This document shows, piece by piece, positions 36,661 through 50,600 of a DNA stretch of 60,294 nt; within the stretch, counting starts at the first letter, position 1, and each line of letters begins with the position of its first letter. The position numbers and the translations under genes are program-made. Where the stretch lies: IMG/VR virus record IMGVR_UViG_3300030328_000938, positions 1 to 60,294 of that record. The stretch is one strand, 5' to 3'. Source of the DNA: a virus. Lineage: Duplodnaviria; Caudoviricetes. Below the pieces are notes generated by a model. The model did not search any database. It was not told the origin of the DNA and was given only the letters and a program-made list of their open reading frames with translations.

Positions 36661-38787
36661 ATGGCAAGTTCATTAAGAAGACAAGCCGCGAAGACCTCTG
36701 TAGCTTATCAAAAGCACCAACATCAAAGCGCGGCAGAAGCATCTATACAAAAACTCTCTGACCAAGCCTCACAAAAAGCTCAAGAGAGAAGTGACCAAAT
36801 GTTTGGCTTTTTAACTCAAGCAGTTGGCGTTATGGATAAGATGATGGCTAAGAAGAAGACTGATACTAAGATTGAGAAAGCCGTTAATCAAAGAGCTAAA
36901 GAAATGGGTGGGGAAAAAGGAGGAGAGGTATTTTATAAGAAGAATACTCTATCTGATTGGTTAAAAGGAGATGCAAAGCTCTCTGATGTTGGTAAAGAAA
37001 GTTGGGAGATTAGTGGTGGTGGAAAGACGGAAACATTTGATAGAGCAGATATGATTGCCTATGGTAAATACTCAGAAAAGAATAAATGGAAAGATAAGGT
37101 AGGAAAAAAATTAGGTGGTGAAGATAGTAGTCTTGACAAGATGGATGAGTTATACAACAAAACTGTCCAGAATAGTACTGGAGCTGATGGCGTTGACCCT
37201 GAGTCTATTAGGGATAGGGGAGTAAATGATTACGCAGAGACTTCTGATGCTAAGCATACAGGTGATAAGACTGCTATGAATCAAGAGATTGACTATGATT
37301 CTTTACCTTCTCCTACTGTTGAGGGTATGGAATATGTTACTAGAGACAGGGAATATAGAACAGAGCATTTTGGTAAAGACTTCACTAAAAAGAGACATCA
37401 ATTTGATGAGGGTTGGTCTTATAAGAAAGCTAAAGCTATAAGTCGTTCTCAGAGAAGAGAAAATTTTAGAAGAGTAGACCAAGACCATTTCGGTGGATTA
37501 CTACCGGGTGGTCAAGCATACAATGAAGCATCTGCTCAAAGGAAACATAAGGCAACAACTAAAAGTTTCATAAACGAAGTAAAGGCAGTATCTGGCTCTC
37601 CTTCTCAATATAGTCCTGCACAATCTGATAACTATAGGAATGATGCTAGAAGTTTACTAGCAGAGATTAAGAGTGGCAAATTTGAGACATCTACTACAAA
37701 TAATAAAGATATAATGGATGCTCTTAATAATATGGATGCAAGTGTTGGCAATATGGAGAACTCAGCCGATAATATTCGGATGAATACAGATAAATCATTA
37801 AGTAAAGCTGAAGATACATTAAGAATTGGAGGCGAAGAGCAAAAAGGTACAGGTAGAAGTTGGGTTGAAAAAGGAGAAATGGCTAGTTTAATGCCTGATA
37901 ATGATTTAGAAATGGCAGATACTATTGTTCAATCTAGAGTTGGAGACCAGATGGTTGGCATGATGGATGAACCAAAAGGATTTAATAAGCTATGGAAAGC
38001 CGCGAAGCGTGAATGGGGAGATAAAGTAGATAAGATTTTCGGTAAACAGAAGAAAGCATTTGAAGGTAAGGGTTATCAAAAAGGTGATGAATTGCCTTCT
38101 CCTGATAAATTAGATAGAATAACTGCTGATACTCAAGACTTTGACCCAATCAATCCAATGGACATCGCAGCAAAAGCGTCAAGAAGAACTGATAATCAAC
38201 ATCCTTTATTTGATGCTATCAATCCTGATGGTGAAGTTGGTCAGTTAATGCAAAATCAAATTCCTCAAGAATCAGAACCATTCACTCCATTAGAGGTTCC
38301 AGACATTACTGCAGAAGGTCAAGAAGATATGAGTGATTATATTGATGCAGAAACTGGACAATCTGCGGCAGATACTGATTATGAAAAATCTAGAAGTAGA
38401 CCTGATTTGTATGCTATAGGTCAAGAAAATGCAATAGAAGGTGACATTGCACAACAATATCTTGATGGAACTCCTTCATTCGCAGGTACAACTGAGCAAA
38501 ATATAAACTTAATGAACGCTGTAGTTCAAGATACAATCGGATATGATTTTGATTTTAACAAAGCTCAGAAAGGTGAATATGATAGTGAAGGTTTTACACT
38601 TAGAGGGCAAAATGAGAATTTAGATAGCTTAAGCACTCCTGAACTTGCTGAAAAAGGAATAACATTAGATTATCCACCAGTTTCTTTAAAGGGACAAGGA
38701 TTAAAAGAAATGTGGGATACTCTTGGAATAGGTGATTGGGATAATAGAGATACTCTATGGAATAAATATATGGCAAGTGAGAAATAA
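36661..38787 (+). CDS. Putative internal virion (ejection) protein
   Basis: 708 aa, low complexity, position after the tail genes. Confidence 0.5.
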   Translation: MASSLRRQAAKTSVAYQKHQHQSAAEASIQKLSDQASQKAQERSDQMFGFLTQAVGVMDKMMAKKKTDTKIEKAVNQRAKEMGGEKGGEVFYKKNTLSDWLKGDAKLSDVGKESWEISGGGKTETFDRADMIAYGKYSEKNKWKDKVGKKLGGEDSSLDKMDELYNKTVQNSTGADGVDPESIRDRGVNDYAETSDAKHTGDKTAMNQEIDYDSLPSPTVEGMEYVTRDREYRTEHFGKDFTKKRHQFDEGWSYKKAKAISRSQRRENFRRVDQDHFGGLLPGGQAYNEASAQRKHKATTKSFINEVKAVSGSPSQYSPAQSDNYRNDARSLLAEIKSGKFETSTTNNKDIMDALNNMDASVGNMENSADNIRMNTDKSLSKAEDTLRIGGEEQKGTGRSWVEKGEMASLMPDNDLEMADTIVQSRVGDQMVGMMDEPKGFNKLWKAAKREWGDKVDKIFGKQKKAFEGKGYQKGDELPSPDKLDRITADTQDFDPINPMDIAAKASRRTDNQHPLFDAINPDGEVGQLMQNQIPQESEPFTPLEVPDITAEGQEDMSDYIDAETGQSAADTDYEKSRSRPDLYAIGQENAIEGDIAQQYLDGTPSFAGTTEQNINLMNAVVQDTIGYDFDFNKAQKGEYDSEGFTLRGQNENLDSLSTPELAEKGITLDYPPVSLKGQGLKEMWDTLGIGDWDNRDTLWNKYMASEK

Positions 38788-39344
38788 TGGATAAAAAGTC
38801 TGCTAAAAGACAATTTAATCAATTAACTAAAGATTTAGATATTGAACATACTTTTAGTTTTGATGAGGCTTGGGATTTCTTAAGTTATAAAAGAGCTATG
38901 AATCTTGTTAAAGACCCTACTGCTTCTTATCCTGTTGATTATACTAAAGAACAATTCAGGAATGGAGTTTTTAAAGTTCAAGAAATAATGCTAGACAATA
39001 TAGAAAGAGTTAAGGACATACATAAATTTAATCCAGTTAAGAATATCTTCACAGATGGTCAACTCGTAAGAGAGATATTTAATCCAGCAGGAGAATTAAT
39101 AGTAACTGCGATACATAAGATTAGTCACCCTTACTTTCTTTTAAAAGGAGAGATGTCTATTATGACGGAGGATGGTGAAGAGCGTATTACTGCTCCTCAT
39201 TATGGTATTACTAAAGCGGGAACAAAGCGTATCATTTATGCTCATACAGATTGTATATTCATTACTGTGCATCCGACCGATAAAGACAATCCTGATGAAG
39301 TATTGAAAGATGTAACCGTTGAATCATATGAGGAATTAGTATGA
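38787..39344 (+). CDS. Cupin-fold protein
   Basis: REIFNPAG...AIHKISHPYFLLKGEM...GTKRIIYAHTDCIFITVH. Confidence 0.7.
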   Translation: MDKKSAKRQFNQLTKDLDIEHTFSFDEAWDFLSYKRAMNLVKDPTASYPVDYTKEQFRNGVFKVQEIMLDNIERVKDIHKFNPVKNIFTDGQLVREIFNPAGELIVTAIHKISHPYFLLKGEMSIMTEDGEERITAPHYGITKAGTKRIIYAHTDCIFITVHPTDKDNPDEVLKDVTVESYEELV

Positions 39345-39850
39345 GTGTAGTAGTAGCCGCAGTAGGCGTAGGATTAACTGCAACTTCAATGATTGGAGGT
39401 GCTAGAAGAAATAGTAAGCAAAGTAGACTTCAAAAAGCATCTGCTCGTAGGCAGTTAGGAAGTATTAATCAGGCTCTAGGAGAGCTAGATACATTAGCAG
39501 GTCAAAAATCTGATATTGCTAATAGCGATTTTCAATCATCATTAGTTAGTGAAGCTAAAACTATAGGTAGAACTAAATCAAAGATGATAGAGAAGGGAGA
39601 GGATGCAATGACATCTTTTGCATTTTCAGGTGAAGCTGAAGAAACCCTTTCTCAAGCAACAGAAGAAATGGATTTTACATTTGATGAATCAAAAAGACAA
39701 AAAGAAGTAGAATTAGATAAAACATTATCAGCCATTGATGAATGGAAAGGTGGAGAGGCTTCAAGATTAAACGCAGAGAAAGATGTATTAAACGAACAAA
39801 TAAAGGTAGCAAGTACTACCGATTCCTTTTGGGAAAACATTTTTGGATAG
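39341..39850 (+). CDS. Putative internal virion protein (T7 gp14-like position)
   Basis: Hydrophobic Ala/Gly N-terminus followed by a helical body. Confidence 0.55.
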   Translation: MSVVVAAVGVGLTATSMIGGARRNSKQSRLQKASARRQLGSINQALGELDTLAGQKSDIANSDFQSSLVSEAKTIGRTKSKMIEKGEDAMTSFAFSGEAEETLSQATEEMDFTFDESKRQKEVELDKTLSAIDEWKGGEASRLNAEKDVLNEQIKVASTTDSFWENIFG

Positions 39851-39859
39851 GATATAATT

Positions 39860-41620
39860 ATGGCTGCAGCACAAGTATTACAAGCACTTAATATGATTCT
39901 AGACGACAGGTCTAGGAGAGAACAAAGAGATGTTCAATCTTCATTGGGAGCTATGGAATTAGCATTGAAAGAAAAGAAGATGGAAGAAGATGCTATTCAT
40001 AGAAGGTTTAGTAGAAAGAAAGCATTAGTTGAAACCGAAGATGCATTGAAAACATCTAAGGCGAAAAGAGGTCAAATAGCTCAATCAATAAGAACAAGTA
40101 GAACTGTTGAAGAAAAGAACAGACAAGATATATTCTTAAAGGCTTGGGAGGGTATGAACGAATCATACGAAGAGTCTCAAATGATGTTAGCTAATCAGAT
40201 ATGGTCAGACTTTGGCTTTTCTGCACTATGGACATATATGGAAGTAGGTGAAGGTAAGCCAGTTACTGTTTCAAACATGACTAGACTTCGTACACATCTA
40301 GAAAAGAATGGAATGGATAAGGCATCTGCTCAGTTTATTACTAAGAAGGTTGCTCAAATTGGAGCGCAGGAAAAGAAACCTGCTTCAACTGTTATTGGTC
40401 TAGGTCGTTTTGTTAGGAATAGATTAGTTTCAATACAAAATTTAAAAGGCAATGAGAAGAATCAAAAATTAAAAGACTTTGTTGACGCTGGTTATAATGT
40501 TGGCATCTTTACAGACCCTTTCAATTCTGAGTATAGCAATAAGCAGGAAATGGTTGAAAAGAACATGGGATTGATGAATGATATAGGTAAGCTAAATAAG
40601 ATAGCAGTATTAGATGATATTAAAGCCAAGCTAACTCAAGAGAGATATGAAATGTCTTATCAAGATGATGATTCTTCTACAACATCAGATGAGGAACTTG
40701 GAATTAGATATGAGTTTCAGAATGATAATAGGAATAAAATTAATAATAGTCTTCGAGGCTTTGGTGAGCAATTAACTCAAGAAGAAAAAGACCAGAATAA
40801 AAAAGTATATACCAAAAGAGAAATAGAGGAGGCACAAAATAAGTATTGGTCACAAATTCGTGCAGGTTCACAATGGGTTGATAACTTTAGAAATCTGAAG
40901 TCAGAAGCTCAAGATGAATTAAGAGCAAGTGGTGACTTAGGATACGCCCAGTCAGTTGAAGGAGTACTTGGACCGACAGGTACAAACATAACTTCTCTAC
41001 CTAATCTTCAATTAACACTACCTACTAATATGGTAGGAAAGACTCCTAATGAGATAGAAAACTATTGGGAGAATATGAGAGGAGGCGTAGATGCAGAGTT
41101 GTTTAAAGTCCAAACTGCAATACAAAACCATAATGCTGAAACATCTGCTATTGCTACTAATCTTGCTAATATGAGACAATCAGGTATAAGTGTTACAAAT
41201 GCAGAAGAATTAACAAGGCAAGATGAAAAAAGAAATATTGATTTATATAGGCTTCAAGAACAACAAAGAGCATTAGAGAATTGGATGAGCAATCTAAATA
41301 AAACAATGTCTGCAATACCAGTAGATGAATCACATGGTTTGTCTTCATTGCCTTATAAAGATATTAATCAAGACCAAAAACAACAAAGATATGATGAACT
41401 CGCTCTTAGGCAAATGAATCCTATTGGTAATGTTTTAATGGATTGGTTCGGAGGGACATCTGAGGAACAAAGATTTGATAAGGTAAATACTTCTAACGAT
41501 GAGAAATATGTAGACCCTATGGGAGATGGTTTAGACCCTATTAAGAAGAAGAAAACTGATGATTTAAAGTTAAATACTATGAAATGGAATATGATATTTA
41601 GAGGTTTAGGAGGGTACTAA
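39860..41620 (+). CDS. Putative internal virion protein
   Basis: Helical 586 aa, coupled to the giant gene. Confidence 0.5.
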   Translation: MAAAQVLQALNMILDDRSRREQRDVQSSLGAMELALKEKKMEEDAIHRRFSRKKALVETEDALKTSKAKRGQIAQSIRTSRTVEEKNRQDIFLKAWEGMNESYEESQMMLANQIWSDFGFSALWTYMEVGEGKPVTVSNMTRLRTHLEKNGMDKASAQFITKKVAQIGAQEKKPASTVIGLGRFVRNRLVSIQNLKGNEKNQKLKDFVDAGYNVGIFTDPFNSEYSNKQEMVEKNMGLMNDIGKLNKIAVLDDIKAKLTQERYEMSYQDDDSSTTSDEELGIRYEFQNDNRNKINNSLRGFGEQLTQEEKDQNKKVYTKREIEEAQNKYWSQIRAGSQWVDNFRNLKSEAQDELRASGDLGYAQSVEGVLGPTGTNITSLPNLQLTLPTNMVGKTPNEIENYWENMRGGVDAELFKVQTAIQNHNAETSAIATNLANMRQSGISVTNAEELTRQDEKRNIDLYRLQEQQRALENWMSNLNKTMSAIPVDESHGLSSLPYKDINQDQKQQRYDELALRQMNPIGNVLMDWFGGTSEEQRFDKVNTSNDEKYVDPMGDGLDPIKKKKTDDLKLNTMKWNMIFRGLGGY

Positions 41621-44600
41621 TGGCTGAGAATATGTTATTCGGGAAAAGTCTAGAGCAATTCTTAGATGAAGAATTAAAAGGAATTAATACATCAACAGAG
41701 TATGCAGACCCTTCAGGGGGAGCATCAGGTATAGTAAGTGATAGTCAGTATCGAGGAAGAGGTGCTGTTCCTTCTCCTATGGTAACAGATAGAGAGCCTT
41801 TTATAGATACTAATAATTTATTTGCTCAATTACAACATGAACCTGAACATTTCCCAGCTCACCTAAGACCTGATTCAGATAAGTCTATGATGGCTCATTT
41901 AGGAAGAGGTATTGTATCAGCTTTAGACTCAGCTAGTATGAATGTTGGTAGATTATTTATCCCGGGTAAAGGCTCGGTTGCTGAAACCTTGCCTGATATG
42001 TTTGAGAGTGGAAAACTTGATTGGTTAAAGAGTGATAACTCTTGGCAAACTAAAGTATCTGACTCTCTTGGTGAAACTGTCGGTTTTCTAGGTTCATTTT
42101 CAATAGCAGGTGCGGCAGAGAAAGCAATTATAAAGAATATCCCTAGAGTAGGTTCTAAATCTATTGCAAAAAGCATAAAGAAAAAGGTTGCAGACCAACT
42201 TGAAAAAGGTGGACAGATAAAATGGATGTCCAATCAGGGTACTACGAAAGCAGAAAGAGAACTTTTAACCGAGGCTAGTGCAAAGTCTACATTTCAAAAG
42301 ATATATAAAGATGTATGGGATACACCTTTGTCTAATTATTCTCATGGATTTAGAAATGCATCTAAGCAAAACTCATTTAAACAAAAGGTTGAAGCAGGAT
42401 TTGCAGACGAATTTAATAAAGTATTAAATCAGAATGGTCTTGAGGCTTCAGATGACTTAGCTAAACTTGTAGGCGATGAATTTATGAGGTGGTATGGTAA
42501 GAATACTAAGCCTCCTGTAAGTGATATAGCTACTGCTATTCAAAGAATAATGGCTAAAGGTGGATTGCCCGGCTTGTCTAACCCAGCTTTTGGTGCGGCA
42601 GTAGGTGTAATTGGTCAAGAGGCTATTACATTCTCAATGGTTGAAATGTTAATGGAAGCAGTACAAGCGACAGATGAAGAAAGAGAAGCACATATAGGAG
42701 ATGTTGGTTTTCACGCGGCAGGTATGGGTATGTTACTTGGTGGTATAAGACTTATTCCGGGTGGTAAAACAAAGGCTAATACATTATTTCCTAATCCTTT
42801 TGGTGGCAAAGATGGTGGATTTTCTATGTTTAGAAAGCTAATCTTAGGAAGGAAACCATATAAAGGTAGAGTTGATTTCACAAAAAATTCAGAAAGAATG
42901 GCATTATTAAATGTTTGGGAGTATCTATCTAGTAGGAATCTAGGTACTGGTGCTTTAGGAAAGATAATGCAAGACTCTGCAAAGAGACATAAGCATCATT
43001 TAAATAAAGTTTTTGGAGGAAGAACAGGAAAGAACTCTACTAAAGTACATGATTATACTCTTAAAGAACTAGAAGCAGTTCTTAATCAATCTGGCTCTGG
43101 CATAAGAATGATTAATGGAAAGAAAGTAAATCAGAAAGAGGCTATAGCAGAGATAATGGCTGATGCATTAGATGATGTATATTCACAGTTTAGAGGAAGG
43201 TGGGTAAAAGATTTCTTTAGAGAGTACGCTACTGATTTTACAATGTCAACTCCTAGAATGTTATTAGGTTCTATGGCTATGGGAGGCGGTCCGAAGATGT
43301 TGGTAGACCCTGATATTCCTTTTGAAGACAAAGTACTTGGCTTTGGTCTTGGTGGCTTTATGATGAAGAGAGGTAAGTCCCTTAAGTATTACAATAAAAA
43401 GGGACAGGCAATGGAACATGAAGGATGGATAGGTGGAAAAAGAAAAGAATTTTATTCTAAGTCAAAATTAGGTGAATCTCATTTAAAAGAATTATCCTCA
43501 ACAATGAAACTTATGGGTGCTAATCCTAAAGAGCATTGGCATTGGGGAAATATGGCTGACAATTTAGATATAGACCCTCGTATGCCGTGGGTTTCTAGCT
43601 TTAAGGATACAGAGACTAGAGAGAGTAGTAAGGTTAGAGAAGAGTTTCTTAGAGAAGAAAATGGTAAGCGTGTCTACACAACAGAGAAAGAACCGGGAGA
43701 GAAGCAGATAAGAAAAGAAGGTAAGAATGACCCCGGTGACCATATTAAAAAATTATACAAGCACTTCGTTGTTTACTCAGGGAATAAGCACTTTCAACAT
43801 CATGTAGAAGGTAAAGAACAATTCGTAAAGGATTGGGAACATCTAACAAGTAAAGAGAAGAAGCAGTTTGAGAAAAATATGGAAGACGCTGGTATTAGGG
43901 AAGTAAATGACTTTCTTGATGTGATGATGGAAACTAAGATGGCAGGTCTTGACCAAACAGCTATAGAGGTTGCAAGTAATCTTCGTAATGCTGTTGAGCA
44001 ATTACAGAAAGTATTACCTGAGGGTAGTAAGCGTTTGATGAAAGTTATTGAGGGTGATAGATTAAAATTTGTAAGACTCGACTCTAGAAGAGATGGTGAC
44101 TCTAAATTAACTACAGACCAAGCTAATATGATTGAGAGATATAATTCTTATGTCGAGTTCTTAGTTAGGTCAGGTAAGGCTGAATTAATAAACAGAAGTC
44201 CTTCCGATATTGGAACTATCATAGATTCAAAAACTCCTGGCGTTAAAGAATTTATGACACAGATGGAAGCAACTCATATAGGATTCAATAAGGCATTTGG
44301 TGGTAGAGAAGGTGAAATTCTTCTAGAGCCAACAGATGGTGTTTTTATTGATTACCATAGATTTGCAATGATGCATAAGAATGTTAAAATGGGAAGTGCT
44401 TTTTTATCTTCAATCTTTGAATCAGGTTACAAAACAAAGCATCAATTTAATAAACAAGAATTACAAAAAGCTGGGGAGTTAATTCGAGAGATATTCCAAT
44501 CCGAAAAAGGATTTCCAATACAAAAAATTGAGGCAGGTAAAGGTCAGCAACTATTTGCTGAGACTATGCTTGAAGTTTTAAAGCCTTACTTGGCTACTCC

Positions 44601-47600
44601 TACTCCAGTTAAAGGTGGGGAGTTTACTGGTAATAGAAGTGGTGCTAAGTGGAGAGAAAAGATAAAGACACTAGACTTAATACTTCAAAAGAATGGTGTT
44701 ACTTTAGTGGGGGACAGGTATCAAAATGTTAGGATGGATTTCATTGCTAATATGAGAAGAGAGTCTTTGATTCACAAAATAAGACATGGAAATGTTTTCA
44801 ACCCAAAGACAGGTAAGATTGAAAAAATAAATGCTGGTCATGTCGAACAAGTTGTTGCATTGGTTGAAGATGGATTTGTTAATAAAGATATGACATTGCA
44901 TAATGTTACTGATATTATGGATGGTCTTGGTAGAATGAAAGCTGACCCTAGACAAAGACTATTTGTTGATTGGGCAAATGAAAGATTAAATCTTAGAGAA
45001 CTAGATACTCCAAAGAAATTTAATGAAAAGGTTGCTCGTGAATATGGATTAGTAGAAAAACCTGAAAGCGTTAAGCAGTTATTTGAGAACCTTGAGCAGT
45101 CAGCTCAGAGTATGGTTACTGAAGGTAATGTAAAGAATATAAAGGAAGCTAGACAGCGTATAACTGAATCATGGGGAGATGTTCTGCATCTATATAAAGA
45201 TGTTGTTATGCCACTTGTAAAGACTACTAGGGTGATTAATGGTAAAAATGTTACATCTGGTATATTGAATCTAGATAAGAGTCAAAATCAAGCTAGAGAT
45301 ATAGGGGACTTATGGTCTATAACTCATAAGTTAAAATTGTTACAGAAAAAGAAGACTAGTTATAGTGTTGAAAAATTTATGGAAAAGATAAAGGAAGTCT
45401 CTCAAGACCCTAAGTCTGAATACTATGAAATATTAAACTTTGCATTAGAAGAGATAGCAATCAATCCTAATAATAGTCAAAGAGTAATGGAGTTAGCTCA
45501 AAGACATCTTAAGTATAAACCTGAGACTAATGAATTTGAGATGAAGTCTGAAACTCCTACAAGAAATATAGAAGAGTTTATTGAAGGTTTATCAAGACCT
45601 GAGTGGGGCGGTAAGGAACATATGGAAGCTCACTTCAGGCAGTATCAAAGAAGATTGCAAGAACAAAGTGCAGATGGTGGATATAAAACTGAATCACTAT
45701 CTGATATTGTAAAGAAAAATGCTCTTTATGATATGAGCTTTTCAGAAGGTGGAACTGTCCAGAGAAAGCATCCTACATTAACTGTTGAGAAGCAGATTCA
45801 AAATATGTATGATAAGTATACTGGTATGGGTAAGAGGGAGCAATTTAAAAAAGAACTTATACAACAAGCCGAGCAAAAGAATCCTGAGTTGGATGTTGTG
45901 GAGTTTGGTGAGAAAATGGATTCATTATTTCTTCAGTTGGATTCATCTATAAGAGTTACTAAGCAAAAAATTAATTTACAAGACCAACATAAATGGACAA
46001 GAGATGATAACCATGCTATAAGAAAAACTAGCGTATGGGATATAATGCACTCAGCTATTGGTTCTCCTATGGGTAAGAGAAATTTCCTACCTCAAATAAC
46101 AATGATTGACCAACAGATTATTAATGCTAATGGAAGAAAGTCTTCTTTAAGTAATAATGCTGAACTGGTTAATGAGCATCTATATAATGGAGACAGGGTT
46201 AATGTTAGAGAAAGTGCTAAGATAGCAGAAGGAAAGGGAGCAAAAGACCTTATAACTGAACCTGAACAAAGAGTTCTTTATAGGTTTGGCTCTAATCAAT
46301 ATGGATATGGTGTCAAAGCAGATACTAAGTCTTTGAATAGATTGGCTAATAGATACGCAGAGTATGTAATAAACAATGTTAAGAGTAAGGAAGCTCAAAC
46401 TGAAATTCTTGCAGAAGCTGGTGTTAGGTACAATGAAAAAACTAAGATGTATGAGGTAAATAGAGATGTAGATAATAACTATGTCGTAGAAAATATAGCC
46501 TCAGGTAATAGAGATTTCGTCAAAAGAGTTATGGATGATATGATTTATGGTGAGCTATGGGGACAAAGTTATTGGAATGAGATGAGAGCTTACGATACTC
46601 AAAGTAAAACAGATTGGCATAAGAGACTTAATTTATATAATAATGTATCTACTATTAAGTTAAGAACAGATAGCATTATGGATATATATAAAAGAAGGCA
46701 ATCTAGTGGGTTATATAAAAACGCAGAAGGACTTAGAGCTAACGAATCATTAAGAAAGTGGGCATCTGGTGATTACAGGCAGATGACAATAAGAGATGAG
46801 AAGGGTGGTTTTGATTCAATATTTAAAACTATTCAAAAACAACATGAACTAGAGATAGGGAAGCTACCTGATGGTGCTAAAAGAGATGCATTAGTTTCAG
46901 AGTATAATCAAATTAAAGATTTGCTTTCTGATAAAAGTAAATTCGATGGAATGACTATACTTAGAGATGAGTTGTTTGATGGTATGGCTAGTTTAATGGG
47001 TGCTTCAGGAGAGGGAGTTGGAGCTATAAAGCCTATAGTTATGAGAATAGGTGAACAACATTTTATTAATAAGACTGCATTTCAAAAGGATGCTACTTTA
47101 AAAGCAATGTGGGAAGCTAACCCTAACTTAGGTTCTATAACTTTTACTAGTGCAAGTAAAACTGTTATGAAGGATGGGAAGTATCACGAGTGGATGGAGA
47201 ATAGAATATTTGATGCTCCAGCAGACTTTAATCTACTTGCTATAGAGCCTTCCATGTATGGTAAAGGCATAGGCATAACTATGAAGCCTGAAGATGTTCA
47301 GCTACTTAGTGTTAAAGCAGAGAAGAAAAAGGCAACACTTAGTCCATTGCATACATCTGGTATGACTAGAGAAGGGCAGAGACAATTTATAGAAACTCAT
47401 GTAGAAAGAAAATATGATTTAGCTGAAAAAGATATTAATTCTCTTTACAATCCTCAGCAATTTAGTCAAGCAGTTGCATTTAATAGGGCGAACTTCCACG
47501 ATATGTATCAGGGAATGACTCTTGAAAGTAGCACAATGGGAGTACATCAAATGTTGGCTGAGGTTGGTGCTATTCCTCATATTTTTCAAGGTAAACAATT

Positions 47601-50600
47601 TGATAACATGATTAAAAAGAGACTTATTGATGATATTATATCATTGAAAGTTGATGGAGTATCAGCAGTAGTATCACCAGATGCTACAGGTGAATTGAAA
47701 TCTAGTATAATGTATAGTGAAGGAGGTAGAAGTAAAATTGCAGAGATTGGAGAATTAAAGCTCCCTCGTTATGCAAAAGATATGCCTTTCGATAGTAAAT
47801 TAACATCTGTTGTCCTTAAGTCTAGGAAAGATTTAAGTGTTGATGTGACTACTAAAGATATGAAAACAGTTCAAGAGATGGGATGGAAAGACCTTAACAC
47901 TCTTGGCGAATTACATTTCTTTGCTAACCAAAAAGGTTATGATGTATTAGTTGCATTAGAAAGAAACCCACATACTAAGCCAGACTCAGCTACTATACTA
48001 AGACTGCACAGCTTCAAGTCTAAGACCGATGGTGCAAACGCTACTGTTAATGCTGTTGACTTTAGAAGAGCGCAGGAAGGTGACCATGATTTAGATACAT
48101 CATCTTTTTATTGGGATACTGGCAATGAGGTTAGAAACTCTTATCTTAAACAAAGAGGTACTGTTCCTGATTCTGTTCCTACTGGAAGTAAGAATAATAA
48201 ATGGTCTACAAATGATATTGATGTGAATACAACCTCAGGACACGACAAGTATTTATCTAATGTTGAAAAAGGTGATATGTTAAAAGGTAAGGTTATGTCT
48301 TACCAACCTGTTATAGATGCATTAGAACATTATGTAGGTGCGAAAAAAGCAAATTCATCAGGCAATGAAACTATTATAAGAGTTGGTGCTGATTCATATA
48401 TAAAATTTAATGCTGATAAATTAGTTCAAATAAGACAACGACTTAGTAATGATATTCAAGGAATACTAGATGCTAAGGGTGGATTTGATGAGGCTATGTA
48501 TAGAAATTGGGAGAATAATTTCTTATTTGGCGAAGCTAATGGGCAACAACAAAGTGTTTTTAGTTACGCTAACAAGTCAGATACTAGAATGAAAGATGTC
48601 TATCAAGATGGAGGGTTTGTTAGTAATCCAGTACATCAAAGAATAATTAGAGACTTATTAATTACTCCTTATAGAGAATTTTCTAGACTAACATCAGGTA
48701 ATTGGGAAACAGGTGTGAGAGAAAGTGTTGGGATGGCTGAGTTTATGACTGGAGTTGAGTTGTATAATTCTAGATTAAGACGCTCTAAAGATAAAGTAAA
48801 AGAAATTATTAGAGAAGAATATGAAGGTCAGCAAAAAAGAGATGAATTAGATGCCATAGAGACTGGCTTTTTTGATGGTGGATTAACAAAGCAAATGCAA
48901 ATTTTAAGTAAGAACTATAGAGCAGAGCTAGACCATCTTACATCAAGAGATAGGCAGATGAGAAAAGCATACAAGCTAATGGAAAAGTCTAAGGTTATGG
49001 GTAATCTAGATAGGCGTAATCACGAAGCAGAATGGATGGACCAGGTATATAGTTGGTCTGGTAATTCAAATGTTCAGAACTTTTGGAGAGAACATAATTC
49101 TCATATGCAATCAAATGCTCAGAAGATTGAGTATGTTAGTTGGTTAACTTCAAAGCATAGAGATTTAGTTAAGCTAAGAAAAAATATAGTTCGTGAAGGT
49201 GACTTGATAGCCGCGAAGTCTTATGATAGGCAGATAGCAAATGTTAGAGAGATGAAAGATAGAGCATTAGGTGAGATGCAATATAAGTTTGACATGGATG
49301 GAAAGTTTTATAAGAAAAGTTGGAACAAAGATAGTCAGCAATTTGAATGGAAAAAATCTAAGCCTAAGGGAAAGAATAAAAAGAAGCAAAAACTATGGGA
49401 AGATATTATTCAGCATAAAAAAGATGCTATGAAGTGGGAATATATTCGCAAGATAAAGGGTAAAGAAGAGAGATTTAAAGCTGCGGCTAAGTTTGAGAGG
49501 AACTGGGAAAAGAAACATAGAAAGCAAGTCTATGAAGATTTACAAAAGAATGGTGTTCACTTCACCGATGTAAAAGACTTTGAAGCAGTACAAGCTCTCA
49601 TATTCCATGATGTATTTAGCTCTAAGGCTAATATGGAATTATTTGAAACAGGTAGTGGAAGTTTTGGCTCTAAGGATTTTCAAAACATATCCTATACTGC
49701 TACTAAAGCCGCGAAGAGAATAAATAAGATGATTAATAAGGCTTGGAGTGACTTCCTAGACCCTAAGAATGATAGGTATCCTAATCAAGAATTTGTAAAT
49801 GAACAAATATTTAGAGAAATAGAACATAGATATAATAATTTTGCAGAACAAAATAGCTTACTTGCTGAACAATTTTTATATAAGATTGCTACTCCTGAGA
49901 TAGATATATCTAGAAGAATGAGAATAGGGGAGAATTATTACCCAGCAGTTAAAGAGGGTAATCATCAGACACAAATAAATGCAGTTATGAAATTCATAAT
50001 GCACCCTGAAAGTCCATACACTCCTGAAATGAAAAGACAAATATTTCAAGATATAGCAGATGCATCAGGCAGGTCTTTCTTAGACTACTATGGAGTTACA
50101 TCGAATCAGGCTTTCAATGGTGGAGAACTAAGATTAAGTCCAAGTGGTAAGATGTTGGAGTATGGAGGTAGGGATTATTATGGTGATGTAGCTACTACAA
50201 TAAAAGACAAGGTATTGTTTTATGATAGACCTAATCCTTTTCAGTATGGAAGAGGTGGAACAGTTAAGGATTTACTATATGAGATGTCTCCTCAAGTAGC
50301 ACAGCAATTAGAATTAGATGGTTTAAGTAAGCTATCTCAATATGATTCAATGAGAATGTTGTACGGAATGGGTTCAGTAAGAGATATTGTGGCAAATAGA
50401 AATTTAAGTTTCATACCTCAAGGAATGACAAGAACTAAAAACGGAGCATATTACTCAATAAATGGATACAAGGATTATCTTAGGCAGATGGATATAGAAA
50501 TGAGTGGTGTTGTTGGTAACAATAGAACAAGTATGTGGAGAGAAGGTCCGATGAACAATATTAATTTAAAAGAACCTGCTACTAAGCAAAAAAAGGCACA

